64,000 nt of DNA from Solirubrobacterales bacterium (lineage in GTDB: Bacteria > Actinomycetota > Thermoleophilia > Solirubrobacterales > 70-9): NCBI GenBank assembly GCA_035572835.1, contig DATNAG010000054.1, positions 28,553 to 92,552 of the forward strand, in the 5' to 3' direction. The position numbers were made by a program, and so were the translations under genes. The notes under the pieces were generated by a model, which was given only the letters and a program-made list of their open reading frames with translations, was not told the origin of the DNA and did not search any database. Position 1 is the stretch's first letter. Each line of letters starts with the position of its first letter. Of the stretch, positions 34,953-43,539 are shown piece by piece.

Positions 34953-35906
34953 CTAGACCGCGGGAATGCGCTCGGAGCAGACGACGTCGGACTTTCCGGC
35001 GAGCGATTCCGCAATCTCCAGCCAGCGTCCCGCCCGCTCCCCCGTATCGATCGTTTCGACGATCAGCGGCACGTCCCGCCGCAGCGCCAGCGCCCGGTCC
35101 CCGTGCGGAGCGACCTCGCCGCGGAAGCCCCATACCCCGCGCAGAGCGGTGGCGCCCGCGGCTCCCCCGCGGCGCAGCTGGTGGATGAACTCGAGGTAGA
35201 GCGGCCGACCGTCGCACCGCGTCGCCTCCGACGTCAGCAGGGTGACCCGCGCGCCGTGGCGACTTTTTGTCGCATGGCGACAATTTCTCGCCACAGCCTC
35301 AAACGTCACGAGGTTGGCGACGGTCCCGAGTTCGGCGTGGGCGGCGGTGATCGCCGCGATTTCGCCGACCGCGACCGTGATCGCGGGGACGCCGCGATTC
35401 CCCGCGATGAAGCGAGCGCGCCGCCGCTCGCCCTCGAGCACCCCATCGACGCCGAGCAGCACGGTCGCCGACTCGGCGCCATGGCGGTACATCGCGTCGA
35501 CCGCCCGCAGGTGCGGCGACTCGCCACCCGTCCTCGGCCCCCAGATGGTCACCCGCACCACATCCTCCGGAGACCCGCCCACCGGCACACCCACCCCAGC
35601 GGCAGTAGTGGTGGGTGTGCCGGTGGGCGCGAGTCCTGCCACCTCCTCCGCCAGCGCTTCGATCCTTTCCCTCTCCCCCACCGCCACCGCCACGAGCGGC
35701 GCGTCTTCCGACAGCGAGAGAAGCCTGTCCGTCCGCATCGCCTGGCTCGCCCCGAACCCCTCGACCCCCCGCAGAAGCGCCGCCGCCCAAACCCCGTGCC
35801 GCGCGCAGGCGTCCATCACCGCGACATCGAGGGGTCGATCGCCGCACCGGTCGCGCTCGCCGAAGTGGAACCGCAGCTGCAGCGCCCCACGCCCCGCCTC
35901 GCTCAC
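34953..35906 (-). CDS. Triplicated DUF190 (PII-like, CrcB-associated) protein, 317 aa
   Basis: Three tandem ~100-aa units each have the DUF190 pattern as I recall it. Examples: LQLRFHFGERDR..RPLDVAV...LLRGVEGFG...LSEDAPLVAVAV and VTLLTSEATRCDGRPLYLEFI...ALRGVWGFRG...LRRDVPLIVETID. The GTG start overlaps the crcB stop (GTGA). Confidence 0.65.
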   Translation of the reverse strand: MSEAGRGALQLRFHFGERDRCGDRPLDVAVMDACARHGVWAAALLRGVEGFGASQAMRTDRLLSLSEDAPLVAVAVGERERIEALAEEVAGLAPTGTPTTTAAGVGVPVGGSPEDVVRVTIWGPRTGGESPHLRAVDAMYRHGAESATVLLGVDGVLEGERRRARFIAGNRGVPAITVAVGEIAAITAAHAELGTVANLVTFEAVARNCRHATKSRHGARVTLLTSEATRCDGRPLYLEFIHQLRRGGAAGATALRGVWGFRGEVAPHGDRALALRRDVPLIVETIDTGERAGRWLEIAESLAGKSDVVCSERIPAV

Positions 35907-36283
35907 AGCAGCCGCCCGATCCAATGTCCCAAGGCCACGGCCGCCAGCCCCGCCACCAGCGACAGCGCGATGTTCGCCCACAGCACCCGCGCGTCGCCGC
36001 CCTCTCCGGCCCGGTGCGACTCCAGCATCCAGGTGGAGAACGTCGTGTAGGTCCCCACCCCACCCCCGGCGAGGATCGTGTAGGCGCTACCGCGCAGCGT
36101 CGCGCCGGCGAAGATGCCGAGAACCACCGCGCCGCTGAGGTTCACCGCCAGCGTCCCGATCGGGAAGTCCTCGCCGAGCCAGGAGCCGCCCAGTCGCGTC
36201 GCCACCGTCGAATCGACGACGAACCGGGCGATCGCCATCGCACCGCCCAACGCCGCGACCGCCACCCATGCCAACCCGGTCAT
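35903..36283 (-). CDS. crcB: Fluoride channel CrcB/Fluc, subunit 2
   Basis: 126 aa with four helices. FPIGTLAVNLSGAVVLG and GVGTYTTFSTW are CrcB signatures. ATGA overlap with the upstream crcB. Confidence 0.85.
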   Translation of the reverse strand: MTGLAWVAVAALGGAMAIARFVVDSTVATRLGGSWLGEDFPIGTLAVNLSGAVVLGIFAGATLRGSAYTILAGGGVGTYTTFSTWMLESHRAGEGGDARVLWANIALSLVAGLAAVALGHWIGRLL

Positions 36284-36684
36284 CGCAGCACCTTCGCGCG
36301 GCGGGTCGCCACCGTGCCGAAGTGGACGCAGGCGAAGCCGCCCGCGATCGTCGCCGCCGCGTAGGCGACGGCGAGCGGCAGGTGGCCCGCTTCGAGCATC
36401 TCGAAGAGCTCCAGTTGCAGGGTCGAGAACGTCGTCAGCGCGCCACAGACACCGGTCGCCAGGAAGGGCCGGCGGTAGGTCGAGGGCGGCAGGCGCTCAC
36501 CGAGCCGGGTGACGAACCAGCCGAGCAGCGCGGCGCCGACCATGTTGACGATGAAGGTCGCCCAGGGCCAGGCGTCGACGCCGTGCGGAAATGCCTCGGA
36601 AAGACCGACGCGGCCCAGGGCGCCGACCACGCCGCCTACATAGATCGCGGCCAACTCACGGCGATCGAATCGTCTCTGTCTCAT
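36280..36684 (-). CDS. crcB: Fluoride channel CrcB/Fluc, subunit 1
   Basis: WATFIVNMVGAALLGWF and GVCGALTTFSTL are CrcB signatures. It is preceded by a fluoride riboswitch. Confidence 0.85.
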   Translation of the reverse strand: MRQRRFDRRELAAIYVGGVVGALGRVGLSEAFPHGVDAWPWATFIVNMVGAALLGWFVTRLGERLPPSTYRRPFLATGVCGALTTFSTLQLELFEMLEAGHLPLAVAYAAATIAGGFACVHFGTVATRRAKVLR

Positions 36685-36772
36685 TTCCGCAGCAGCCTCC
36701 TACCGTCTCGTTTCGACGTCGGTAGGAGCCATCAGCGGTCGCGCCGCGGTTATGGAGCGAGCCCCATCGCTC
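36685..36772 (-). promoter_or_regulatory. Fluoride riboswitch (crcB motif) with SD-sequestering expression platform
   Basis: The minus strand at 36772-36721 reads GAGCGAUGGGGCUCGCUCCAUAACCGCGGCGCGACCGCUGAUGGCUCCUACC. This fits the crcB-motif pattern (P1 GAGCGA/UCGCUC, AUAACCGC, CUGAUGGCUCCUAC). Downstream, CUCCUACC can pair with GGUAGGAG, which covers the GGAGG just upstream of the crcB ATG. Confidence 0.8.
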
Positions 36773-36839
36773 GGGTCAGGAGGCGAACCTTAGCCGAGGT
36801 CGAAGGTGTTGCAGAGGAAACGACTCGAGGAGGCATCAG

Positions 36840-37517
36840 ATGTTGCGGGCGATCGGAAAGCGGCTCACCTACGCGAACGTGATCGCGAGCCTGGCGCTGT
36901 TCCTGGCGCTGGGTGGCGGAGCCGTCTACGCGGCGTCACACAAGACGAACAAGGTCGGCACCGGGAAGCTGAAGCAGAACGCGGTGACGGCGGGCAAGAT
37001 CAAGCCGAACGCGGTCACGCAGACGAAAATCCGCAACAACGCGGTGACCAACGTGAAGCTGCGCGACGGCTCGGTCAACCTGGCGAAAATCGCCGCGGGC
37101 ACGAACGTGGTCGCCACCGCGACCAGCGTGCCGGTCGCGGTCGACGGGCCGAGCGCCGTCCCGGTCGCCTTCAGCGCCCCCCTCTCCTTCACCCCGGCGG
37201 CGGGCAGCGTCTACATGCTGAGCGTCGAAGCGCGCGGCACGAACCTCGCCCGGACCGGCACCGAAACCTGCCGGGTCACGGTCGTGCCGCTGGTCAACGG
37301 CGCCGAATGGGGCACCGCGACGCCGCTCGTCCTCAGCGCCTTCGAGCCGACCGGGGAAGCGCCCTCCGGCGTCGTCCCGGCGGCCGGGCTGACCAGCCCG
37401 ATCGGGCTCACCGCCCCCGGCGTGACCCAGACGATCGGCGCCAAGCTGATCGGCGGCCCGCGCTGCGCCGCGACCGGCTCGGCCACCGTCGCGGTGGCGA
37501 TCACCCAGCTCAAATAG
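36840..37517 (+). CDS. Membrane-anchored/secreted hypothetical protein with tandem NAVT-x2-K(I/L) repeats
   Basis: LTYANVIASLALFLALGGGAVYAA anchor, then KLKQNAVTAGKIKPNAVTQTKIRNNAVTNVKLRDGSVNLAKIAAG. GAGGAGG precedes the ATG. Confidence 0.65.
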   Translation: MLRAIGKRLTYANVIASLALFLALGGGAVYAASHKTNKVGTGKLKQNAVTAGKIKPNAVTQTKIRNNAVTNVKLRDGSVNLAKIAAGTNVVATATSVPVAVDGPSAVPVAFSAPLSFTPAAGSVYMLSVEARGTNLARTGTETCRVTVVPLVNGAEWGTATPLVLSAFEPTGEAPSGVVPAAGLTSPIGLTAPGVTQTIGAKLIGGPRCAATGSATVAVAITQLK

Positions 37518-37584
37518 CTCGGGACCCCCGGTCCGGCGGGGTCGCCCGCCGGACCGGAGTGCCCGCTTCACTAACGTTCTGTAA

Positions 37585-38508
37585 GTGGAACGGATCGTCG
37601 CCTGGCATTTCACCGACCCGGGGTGTCCCTGGGCCTACTCCTCGCGCCCCGCGATCGCGCGGCTGCGCTGGCGCTTCGGCGACCAGCTCGACTGGCGCCT
37701 GGTGCTGATCGGCCTCACCGAGAACACCGCGCGCTACGAGGAACTCGGCTACACCCCGGCCCGCATGGCGAGCGGCTGGCGCAAGTTCCAGGAGCGCTTC
37801 GGGATGCCCTTCGGCCGCGGCATGAAGCCACGGATGGGCGCCACCACGCGCGCCTGCCGGGCGATCGTCGCCGCCCGCGAAGAGTCTCCCGAGCTCGGCT
37901 ACGCGGCGCTCCGGGCCCTGCAGCTGATGCAGTTCACCACCACCGACCTGCTCGACGACGACGAGGCGCTGCGCCGCGCCCTCGAGGACGTCGACGGGCT
38001 CGACGCGGCGACCGTCGTCGGCCGCATCGAGGACCCCGAGATCGTCGCCGCCTACGAGGCGGACAAGGCCCGCGCGCGCTCCGCCGAGGGGCGCCCGACC
38101 CACGTCCAGAACCGCCACTCCGACGCCGGCGGCCCGGTTCGCTACACCGCCCCCTCGGTGGTCTTCGAGGCCGACGAGCGTTGGCTCGAGGTCGGCGGCT
38201 TCCAGCCCTTCGAGTCCTACGACACCGCGCTCGCCAACCTCGATCCGTCGCTGGAGCGCCGCCCCGCCCCCGAGCGCGCCGCCGAGGCGGTGCTCGCCTA
38301 CCCGGTCGGCCTCACCACCGCCGAGGTCGCCTCGATCATGCGCGGCTCCGACCTCCGGGACGCCGACCTGCCGAGCGCCGAGCGGGAACTGCTCGGCGCC
38401 GTCGCCGATGGCGAGCTGACCGTCACCCCGGCCGGGTCCGACGCCCTCTGGCGCCCGGCGTCAGTCGTCCGCGAGACCGAACTCGCCGCGGCGGTCGGCG
38501 GGAACTAG
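37585..38508 (+). CDS. DsbA-like thioredoxin-fold protein (single-Cys CPWA variant) with C-terminal extension
   Basis: IVAWHFTDPGCPWAYSSRP occupies the position of the DsbA/FrnE CxxC motif. GTG start. Confidence 0.55.
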   Translation: MERIVAWHFTDPGCPWAYSSRPAIARLRWRFGDQLDWRLVLIGLTENTARYEELGYTPARMASGWRKFQERFGMPFGRGMKPRMGATTRACRAIVAAREESPELGYAALRALQLMQFTTTDLLDDDEALRRALEDVDGLDAATVVGRIEDPEIVAAYEADKARARSAEGRPTHVQNRHSDAGGPVRYTAPSVVFEADERWLEVGGFQPFESYDTALANLDPSLERRPAPERAAEAVLAYPVGLTTAEVASIMRGSDLRDADLPSAERELLGAVADGELTVTPAGSDALWRPASVVRETELAAAVGGN

Positions 38509-38784
38509 CTCCAGGAACTCGCGGTGCGCGCCGATGTACTCGGCGACGAACCAGCAGAAGGGGATCACCTCGAGGCCCTCGTCACGGGCGTCGCGCAGCG
38601 CCCGCTCGATCATCCGCCCGGCGTGGCCCTGGCCTCTGTGGCCGGCGAAGGTTTCGGTGTGGGTGAAGGAGACGATGCCCGGCTGCTTGACGTAATCGGC
38701 GATCGCCACCGTCTCACCGCCAAGCCGCACCTCGTACCGCGACTGCTCCTTGTCGTCGGTGACCTTGTCCTTGCTGCCGGTCAC
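38461..38784 (-). CDS. Small GNAT-family N-acetyltransferase (YjdJ-like)
   Basis: FTHTETFAGHRGQGHAGRMIERALRDARDEGLEVIPFCWFVAEYI. The GTG start at 38784 overlaps the upstream TGA (GTGA). Confidence 0.65.
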   Translation of the reverse strand: MTGSKDKVTDDKEQSRYEVRLGGETVAIADYVKQPGIVSFTHTETFAGHRGQGHAGRMIERALRDARDEGLEVIPFCWFVAEYIGAHREFLELVPADRRGEFGLADD

Positions 38785-39584
38785 TCGCCGAGCCACTCCG
38801 CCACCTGGCCGCCGCCGCGCAGGCCGGAGAGGTCGCCGTCGTCGCGCATCCGTGTCGCCACCGCGGCCATCGCCTCGACGCTCGCCCAGGCGAGCGAGCC
38901 GCCGACGCTGACCCGCCGCGCCCCCGCCGCGGCGATCTCGCCGACGCCCAGCGACGGCCGGGCCAGCACGTTGACCGGCAGGCCGACCGCCTCCACCACG
39001 GTGCGGATCTCCTCGACGCTCGCCAGCCCGGGCGCGTAGAGGACGTCGGCGCCCGCCGCCTCGTACGCCTGCAACCGGGCGATCGTGTCGTCGAGATCGG
39101 GGTTGCCGCGGATGTGGTTCTCGGCTCGCGCCGTCAGCGTGAACTCGAACGGCATCGCCGCGACCACCGCGGCCGTCGCCGCGATCCGCTCCGCCGCCGC
39201 GCCGACCTCGTAGATCCCCGCCTCCGCGTCCCAGTCCTCGATCGAGCCGCCGACCGCGCCGACCGCGGCCGCCACTTCGACCGCCCGCGCCGCGTGCTCG
39301 GGCGTCGCCCCGTAGCCGTTCTCCAGATCGACCGAGATCGGCAGGTCGCTCGCCTCGGTCAGCACCCTCACGTGCTCGGCGAGCTCGTCCAGCGTCACCG
39401 CTCCGTCGGCTCGCCCCAAGGTGAACGCGAAGGCGCTCGAGCTCGTCGCCAGGGCCTCGAAGCCGAGCGCCTCCAGCACTTTCGCGCTGCCCCCGTCCCA
39501 GGGGTTCGGGATCAGGAAGCAGCCCTCCGCGTGGAGCGCCGCGAAGCGTCGGCCGAGCTCCTCCTGGGTCGGGCCCGTCGTCAT
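38781..39584 (-). CDS. Isocitrate lyase/PEP mutase superfamily protein (2-methylisocitrate lyase-like)
   Basis: FLIPNPWDGGSAKVLEALGFEALATSSSAFAF...DLPISVDLENGYG...GGSIEDW. Confidence 0.8.
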   Translation of the reverse strand: MTTGPTQEELGRRFAALHAEGCFLIPNPWDGGSAKVLEALGFEALATSSSAFAFTLGRADGAVTLDELAEHVRVLTEASDLPISVDLENGYGATPEHAARAVEVAAAVGAVGGSIEDWDAEAGIYEVGAAAERIAATAAVVAAMPFEFTLTARAENHIRGNPDLDDTIARLQAYEAAGADVLYAPGLASVEEIRTVVEAVGLPVNVLARPSLGVGEIAAAGARRVSVGGSLAWASVEAMAAVATRMRDDGDLSGLRGGGQVAEWLGE

Positions 39585-39600
39585 ATATATGGACGGTAGC

Positions 39601-40632
39601 TCAGGCGACCAGCGAGGTCGCCGCGCGCAGTTCGCGCGCGTCGCGCTTGGCGCGGTAGAGCTCCTCGTCGGCGTGGGCCATCGCCCGATCGAGCGATTCG
39701 CCCCGCTCCCACTCGACCACCCCGACGCTCCAGTCGGCGGGCGAGGCGACGCGCAGCCGGCGCAGCGCGTCCTCGGCGCCGGCGCGGCCGGTGCCGACCA
39801 GCGCCAGCGCGAACTCGTCGCCGCCGAAGCGCGCCAGCACCTCGGAGCCGCGCAGCTCGGCGCGCCAGTCGCGGCCCAGCTCGATCAGCAGTTCGTCGCC
39901 CGCCGCGTGCCCCTGCAGGTCGTTCACCTGCTTGAACTTGTCGAGGTCGATCAGGGCGATCGAGATCGGCAGGTCGGTGCGGTCGGCGACCGAGCGCATC
40001 TGCTCCGCCGCGGCGACGAAGCCGGAGCGGTTCAGGAGGCCGGTGAGCGGGTCGGTGACCAGCTGGGTGCGGACGCGCGAGTTGAGCCGGGCGAGCGCCT
40101 CGGTGGCGAGCACCGAGGACCCGGCGACCAGCGCCCAGGCGGTGATCATCCCCGGCAGCCCGCTGAGCCAGAGGGCGACGCCGGAGGCGACGACCAGCAC
40201 CGCGGCCTGGAACCGCGCCGCCCGCTGCTCGAAGAACTGCCCCGCGTAGATGCCGATCCAGAGGTAGGCGAAACTGTTGAGCGCGCCGCCGTAGTCGGTG
40301 GTGCAGTTGGCGACCAGGATCGAGTTGATCAGCGTCCCGGCGATCGCCAGCACCTGCAGCCCGCGCGGCGACACCAGGCCGCCGAAGCGCAACAGCGCGG
40401 CCGAGCCGCAGAGCAGGATGATCCCGAGGACCGTCGCCAGCGTCGTCGGCGCCGTCTTCGAGATCGGGAAGACGGCGGCGAACAGGCACATCAACCCGCC
40501 GACGCCGAAGATCGCCGCCAGCGCCCAGACCGGCGCGGGCAGGCGCCGCAGGCGGCGCTCGAGGCGCCGCTTCAAGCTCGCCGGTCGCTGCCTAGGGGGA
40601 TTCGCCGTCACCAGAAAAGGATCGGCGTCCAA
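39601..40632 (-). CDS. Membrane-anchored diguanylate cyclase (GGDEF domain); start uncertain
   Basis: Five or six N-terminal helices, then DPLTGLLNRSGF...IDLDKFKQVNDLQGHAAGDELL...RFGGDEFALAL. Confidence 0.85.
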   Translation of the reverse strand: MDADPFLVTANPPRQRPASLKRRLERRLRRLPAPVWALAAIFGVGGLMCLFAAVFPISKTAPTTLATVLGIILLCGSAALLRFGGLVSPRGLQVLAIAGTLINSILVANCTTDYGGALNSFAYLWIGIYAGQFFEQRAARFQAAVLVVASGVALWLSGLPGMITAWALVAGSSVLATEALARLNSRVRTQLVTDPLTGLLNRSGFVAAAEQMRSVADRTDLPISIALIDLDKFKQVNDLQGHAAGDELLIELGRDWRAELRGSEVLARFGGDEFALALVGTGRAGAEDALRRLRVASPADWSVGVVEWERGESLDRAMAHADEELYRAKRDARELRAATSLVA

Positions 40633-40638
40633 CGATCC

Positions 40639-41226
40639 TCACTTGAGCAACTGCAGGGCGAATTCCATCACCCGGGCCTGCTTCTCGGCGGGCAGGCGGT
40701 CGGGGTAGAGAAGCGCGTGCAGGCTGACGCCGTCGATCACCGCGCCGAGCAGCTCGATCACGTCCTCCATCTCGTGGTCGGTCGAGATCTCACCCTCCTT
40801 CTGCGCGTTCCTGACCAGTTCGCGGAGCAGCTCCCGCAAGGTCTCCGACTCCTGCTGCTGGATCTCGTGCAGCGCCTCGTTGCGCAGCGCCCGCGCCCAG
40901 AAGCTCATCTCGATCCGCGTCTCCAGCTCGCGCTGCTCGTCGAGCGGCAGGTTGTCGAGGAGGATGCCCTTCAGCGCGTCGGCGGCGATCGGCGTCTGTA
41001 CCTCGGCGTCGTAGCGTTTCTGGATCCGCGTGTGGGACAGCCGCAGCGCGTGGGCCAGCAGGTCGTCCTTGTTCTCGAAGTAATGGGCGAGCACCCCCGA
41101 CGAGTAACCGGACTCGCGGGCGATTTCGCGGATCGTCACCTCGTCGATGCCGCGGGCGGCGATCACCCTCCAGGCGGCGAGGACGAGCTCTTCCCGGCGG
41201 GCGTCGTGATCGACTTTCTTAGGCAT
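40639..41226 (-). CDS. TetR/AcrR family transcriptional regulator
   Basis: AAWRVIAARGIDEVTIREIARESGYSSGVLAHYFENKDDLL. Confidence 0.85.
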   Translation of the reverse strand: MPKKVDHDARREELVLAAWRVIAARGIDEVTIREIARESGYSSGVLAHYFENKDDLLAHALRLSHTRIQKRYDAEVQTPIAADALKGILLDNLPLDEQRELETRIEMSFWARALRNEALHEIQQQESETLRELLRELVRNAQKEGEISTDHEMEDVIELLGAVIDGVSLHALLYPDRLPAEKQARVMEFALQLLK

Positions 41227-41298
41227 AGCGGGGGATTCTCGCAGTCGGCCCAGCGGCCAGACGGTCGAACTTGTGCATGCTCACGTCCTTTCCTTTCC

Positions 41299-42528
41299 CT
41301 AGGCGTGTTGCAGTGGGGCGGTCGGCAACAGATGGCGGCCGGCGAAGATCGCGGGGAGCGCACCCAGCGGGACGGCGACGGCCAGGATGACTCCGAGGCG
41401 CCAGCCGCCAGCCTCGACCAGCGGCCCGGCCAGGGCGGCGCTGGCGCTGACCCCGCCCATCACCGCCAGGAGGAGCCAGGTGAAGGTTTCGGTGCCGGTC
41501 CCGGGCGGCATCGTCAGCTCCGCGACGCGGCTGCGCAGGGTGACCATCGGCGCCGCGAAAGTACCCGCCAGGACGGCGAGGAAGACGAGGACGACCGAGC
41601 CGGGCGCCAGCAGGAGCGGCGCGATCACCAGCGGCTGCAGGACGGCGAGCCGCAGGCTGGCCTGCCGCAGGTTGCCGAAGCGCGGGCCGACGAGGCCGAA
41701 GGCGAGCGCCCCGAGCATCGAGCCGACCGAGATCGAGGCGGCGAAGAGGCCGCCGAGCGCGGTCGAGCCGTGGTCGGCGCCGAAGGCCGGCAGGGCGACG
41801 TCGAGGGCGCCGAAGCTGGCGCCGATCGGCAGGCCGGTGAGGATGACGAAGCGGATCGCCGGCGAGGCGAGGGCGCCGGCGCGGGTGTGGTGCGCGGGAG
41901 GCCCCGGCTTCTCCGCCCGGATCACCGGCACGAGCAGGAACCAGGCGGTGCCGAGGAGGACGAACCCGGCGGCGGCGAAGAGCGGCGCCGCCGGGCTGAC
42001 CGCGGCGCTGAGCAGGCCGGTGAGGAGCGGGCCGCAGACGAAGACGGTCTCGATCAGGACCGAGTCGAAGAGGTAGGCGTGGGTGAGGTCGGTGCGGGGG
42101 ACCAGCGCCGGCCAGGTGCGTCGCACGACGCCGCTGACCGGCGGCACCGAGGCGCCCGCGACGGCGCAGGCGAGGGCCAACGGCACCGTTCCCGCCGAGC
42201 CTTCGCCGATCGCGACGATCGCCAGCAGGGCCAGGGCGCAGACGACGCTCGCCGGGCCGAGGACCGGGCGCGGCCCACGGCGGTCGACCAGCCGGCCGAG
42301 AAACGGCCCGGCGAGGGCGAAGCCGGCGGTGTAGAAGCCGGTGACCAGCCCGGCGATGCCGAACGAGCCGGTGTGGGCGTGGACGAAGATGACCAGCGAG
42401 ACGCCGCCCATGCCGAAGGGCAGCCGGGCGACGACCGAGGCGATCGCGATCGTCCTTACCTGGGGTGCGAGGAGCACCCGCGCCCACGGGCCGCGACCGC
42501 TGCCCGGAGTCGTGGATTCGGAGTACAT
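41299..42528 (-). CDS. MFS transporter
   Basis: About 12 helices. GRLVDRRGPRPVL lies in the loop 2-3 position (MFS motif A-like). Confidence 0.8.
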   Translation of the reverse strand: MYSESTTPGSGRGPWARVLLAPQVRTIAIASVVARLPFGMGGVSLVIFVHAHTGSFGIAGLVTGFYTAGFALAGPFLGRLVDRRGPRPVLGPASVVCALALLAIVAIGEGSAGTVPLALACAVAGASVPPVSGVVRRTWPALVPRTDLTHAYLFDSVLIETVFVCGPLLTGLLSAAVSPAAPLFAAAGFVLLGTAWFLLVPVIRAEKPGPPAHHTRAGALASPAIRFVILTGLPIGASFGALDVALPAFGADHGSTALGGLFAASISVGSMLGALAFGLVGPRFGNLRQASLRLAVLQPLVIAPLLLAPGSVVLVFLAVLAGTFAAPMVTLRSRVAELTMPPGTGTETFTWLLLAVMGGVSASAALAGPLVEAGGWRLGVILAVAVPLGALPAIFAGRHLLPTAPLQHA

Positions 42529-42590
42529 TCTCGGACCGCGTCCGTAGTGAAGTTGTTCGGACGCCCGATCTAGATTATCTTCAGGCCGCG

Positions 42591-43538
42591 ATGGACGGCT
42601 CCCGCCACCCCTTCCGCTTCGGCGTCGAGATGATGGAGCCGTTCGAGGGCATGACCTGGGCCGAGTCGGCCCGCGAGCTGGAGGCGCTCGGCTACTCGAC
42701 CCTGTTCGCCCCCGACCATTTCGACGAGGGCTTCGGGCCGCTGACCGCGATGGCGACCGCGGCGGCGGCGACCACCGAGTTGACCGTCGCCACCGCCGTC
42801 CTCGCCGCCGACTTCCGCCACCCCGCGGTGCTGGCCCGGGAGCTGGCGTCGATCGACGTCCTCTCGGAAGGGCGGCTCGAGGTCGGCCTCGGCGCCGGCT
42901 ATCAGGTGGACGACTACCGTGCCTCGGGCATCCCGATGGACCCGCCGAAAGTGCGCGTCGAACGGCTGATCGAGTACGTCGCGGTGTTGCGCGGGCTCTT
43001 CGCCGAGGGGCCCTTCAGCTACGCCGGCGAGCACTTCCAGATCGACGCGCTCGACGGCACCCCCCACCCCTTCACGCGCGGCGGCCCGCCGATCTTCGTC
43101 GCCGGCGGTGGCCCGCGGATGCTCCGCTTCGCCGCCCGCCAGGCCGACATCGTCGGCGTCAACCCCTCGCTGCCGACCTCCGAGCGCCGCGAGGAGGCCC
43201 GCCGGGACGGCGTCGCCGCCCGGGTCGACGAAAAGTTCGCCTGGATCCGCGCGGCGGCGGGCGAGCGCTACGACGACCTCATCTTCCACGGCTGGCTGCA
43301 GGCGGTCGTGATCACCGATGATGGGCGGGGAGCGGCCGCCGACATCGGTGCCGCGCTCGGCGGCCTCGATCCCGACGACGTCCTCGAATCTCCCTTCGTC
43401 CTCGTCGGCTCGGTCGAGGAGATCGTCACCCGCCTGCACGAGCGCCGCGAGCGCTGGGGCTACAGCTACTACACGGTCCAGCAGCCCGCGGCGCAGGAGT
43501 TCTCCAGCGTGATCGCGGCGCTCGGCCGGGACGGGTGA
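42591..43538 (+). CDS. LLM-class (luciferase-like) F420-dependent oxidoreductase
   Basis: FRFGVEMMEP...ELEALGYSTLFAPDHF...LASIDVLSEGRLEVGLGAGY...PIFVAGGGPRMLRFAA. Confidence 0.8.
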   Translation: MDGSRHPFRFGVEMMEPFEGMTWAESARELEALGYSTLFAPDHFDEGFGPLTAMATAAAATTELTVATAVLAADFRHPAVLARELASIDVLSEGRLEVGLGAGYQVDDYRASGIPMDPPKVRVERLIEYVAVLRGLFAEGPFSYAGEHFQIDALDGTPHPFTRGGPPIFVAGGGPRMLRFAARQADIVGVNPSLPTSERREEARRDGVAARVDEKFAWIRAAAGERYDDLIFHGWLQAVVITDDGRGAAADIGAALGGLDPDDVLESPFVLVGSVEEIVTRLHERRERWGYSYYTVQQPAAQEFSSVIAALGRDG

Positions 43539-43539
43539 G

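Noticed and set aside
39421-42573. 1050-aa ORF on the plus strand
   Set aside because: It is antisense to four well-supported genes (ICL-family, GGDEF, TetR, MFS). Its translation is an R/G/D/E/Q/A-rich string without domains. Shadow ORF.
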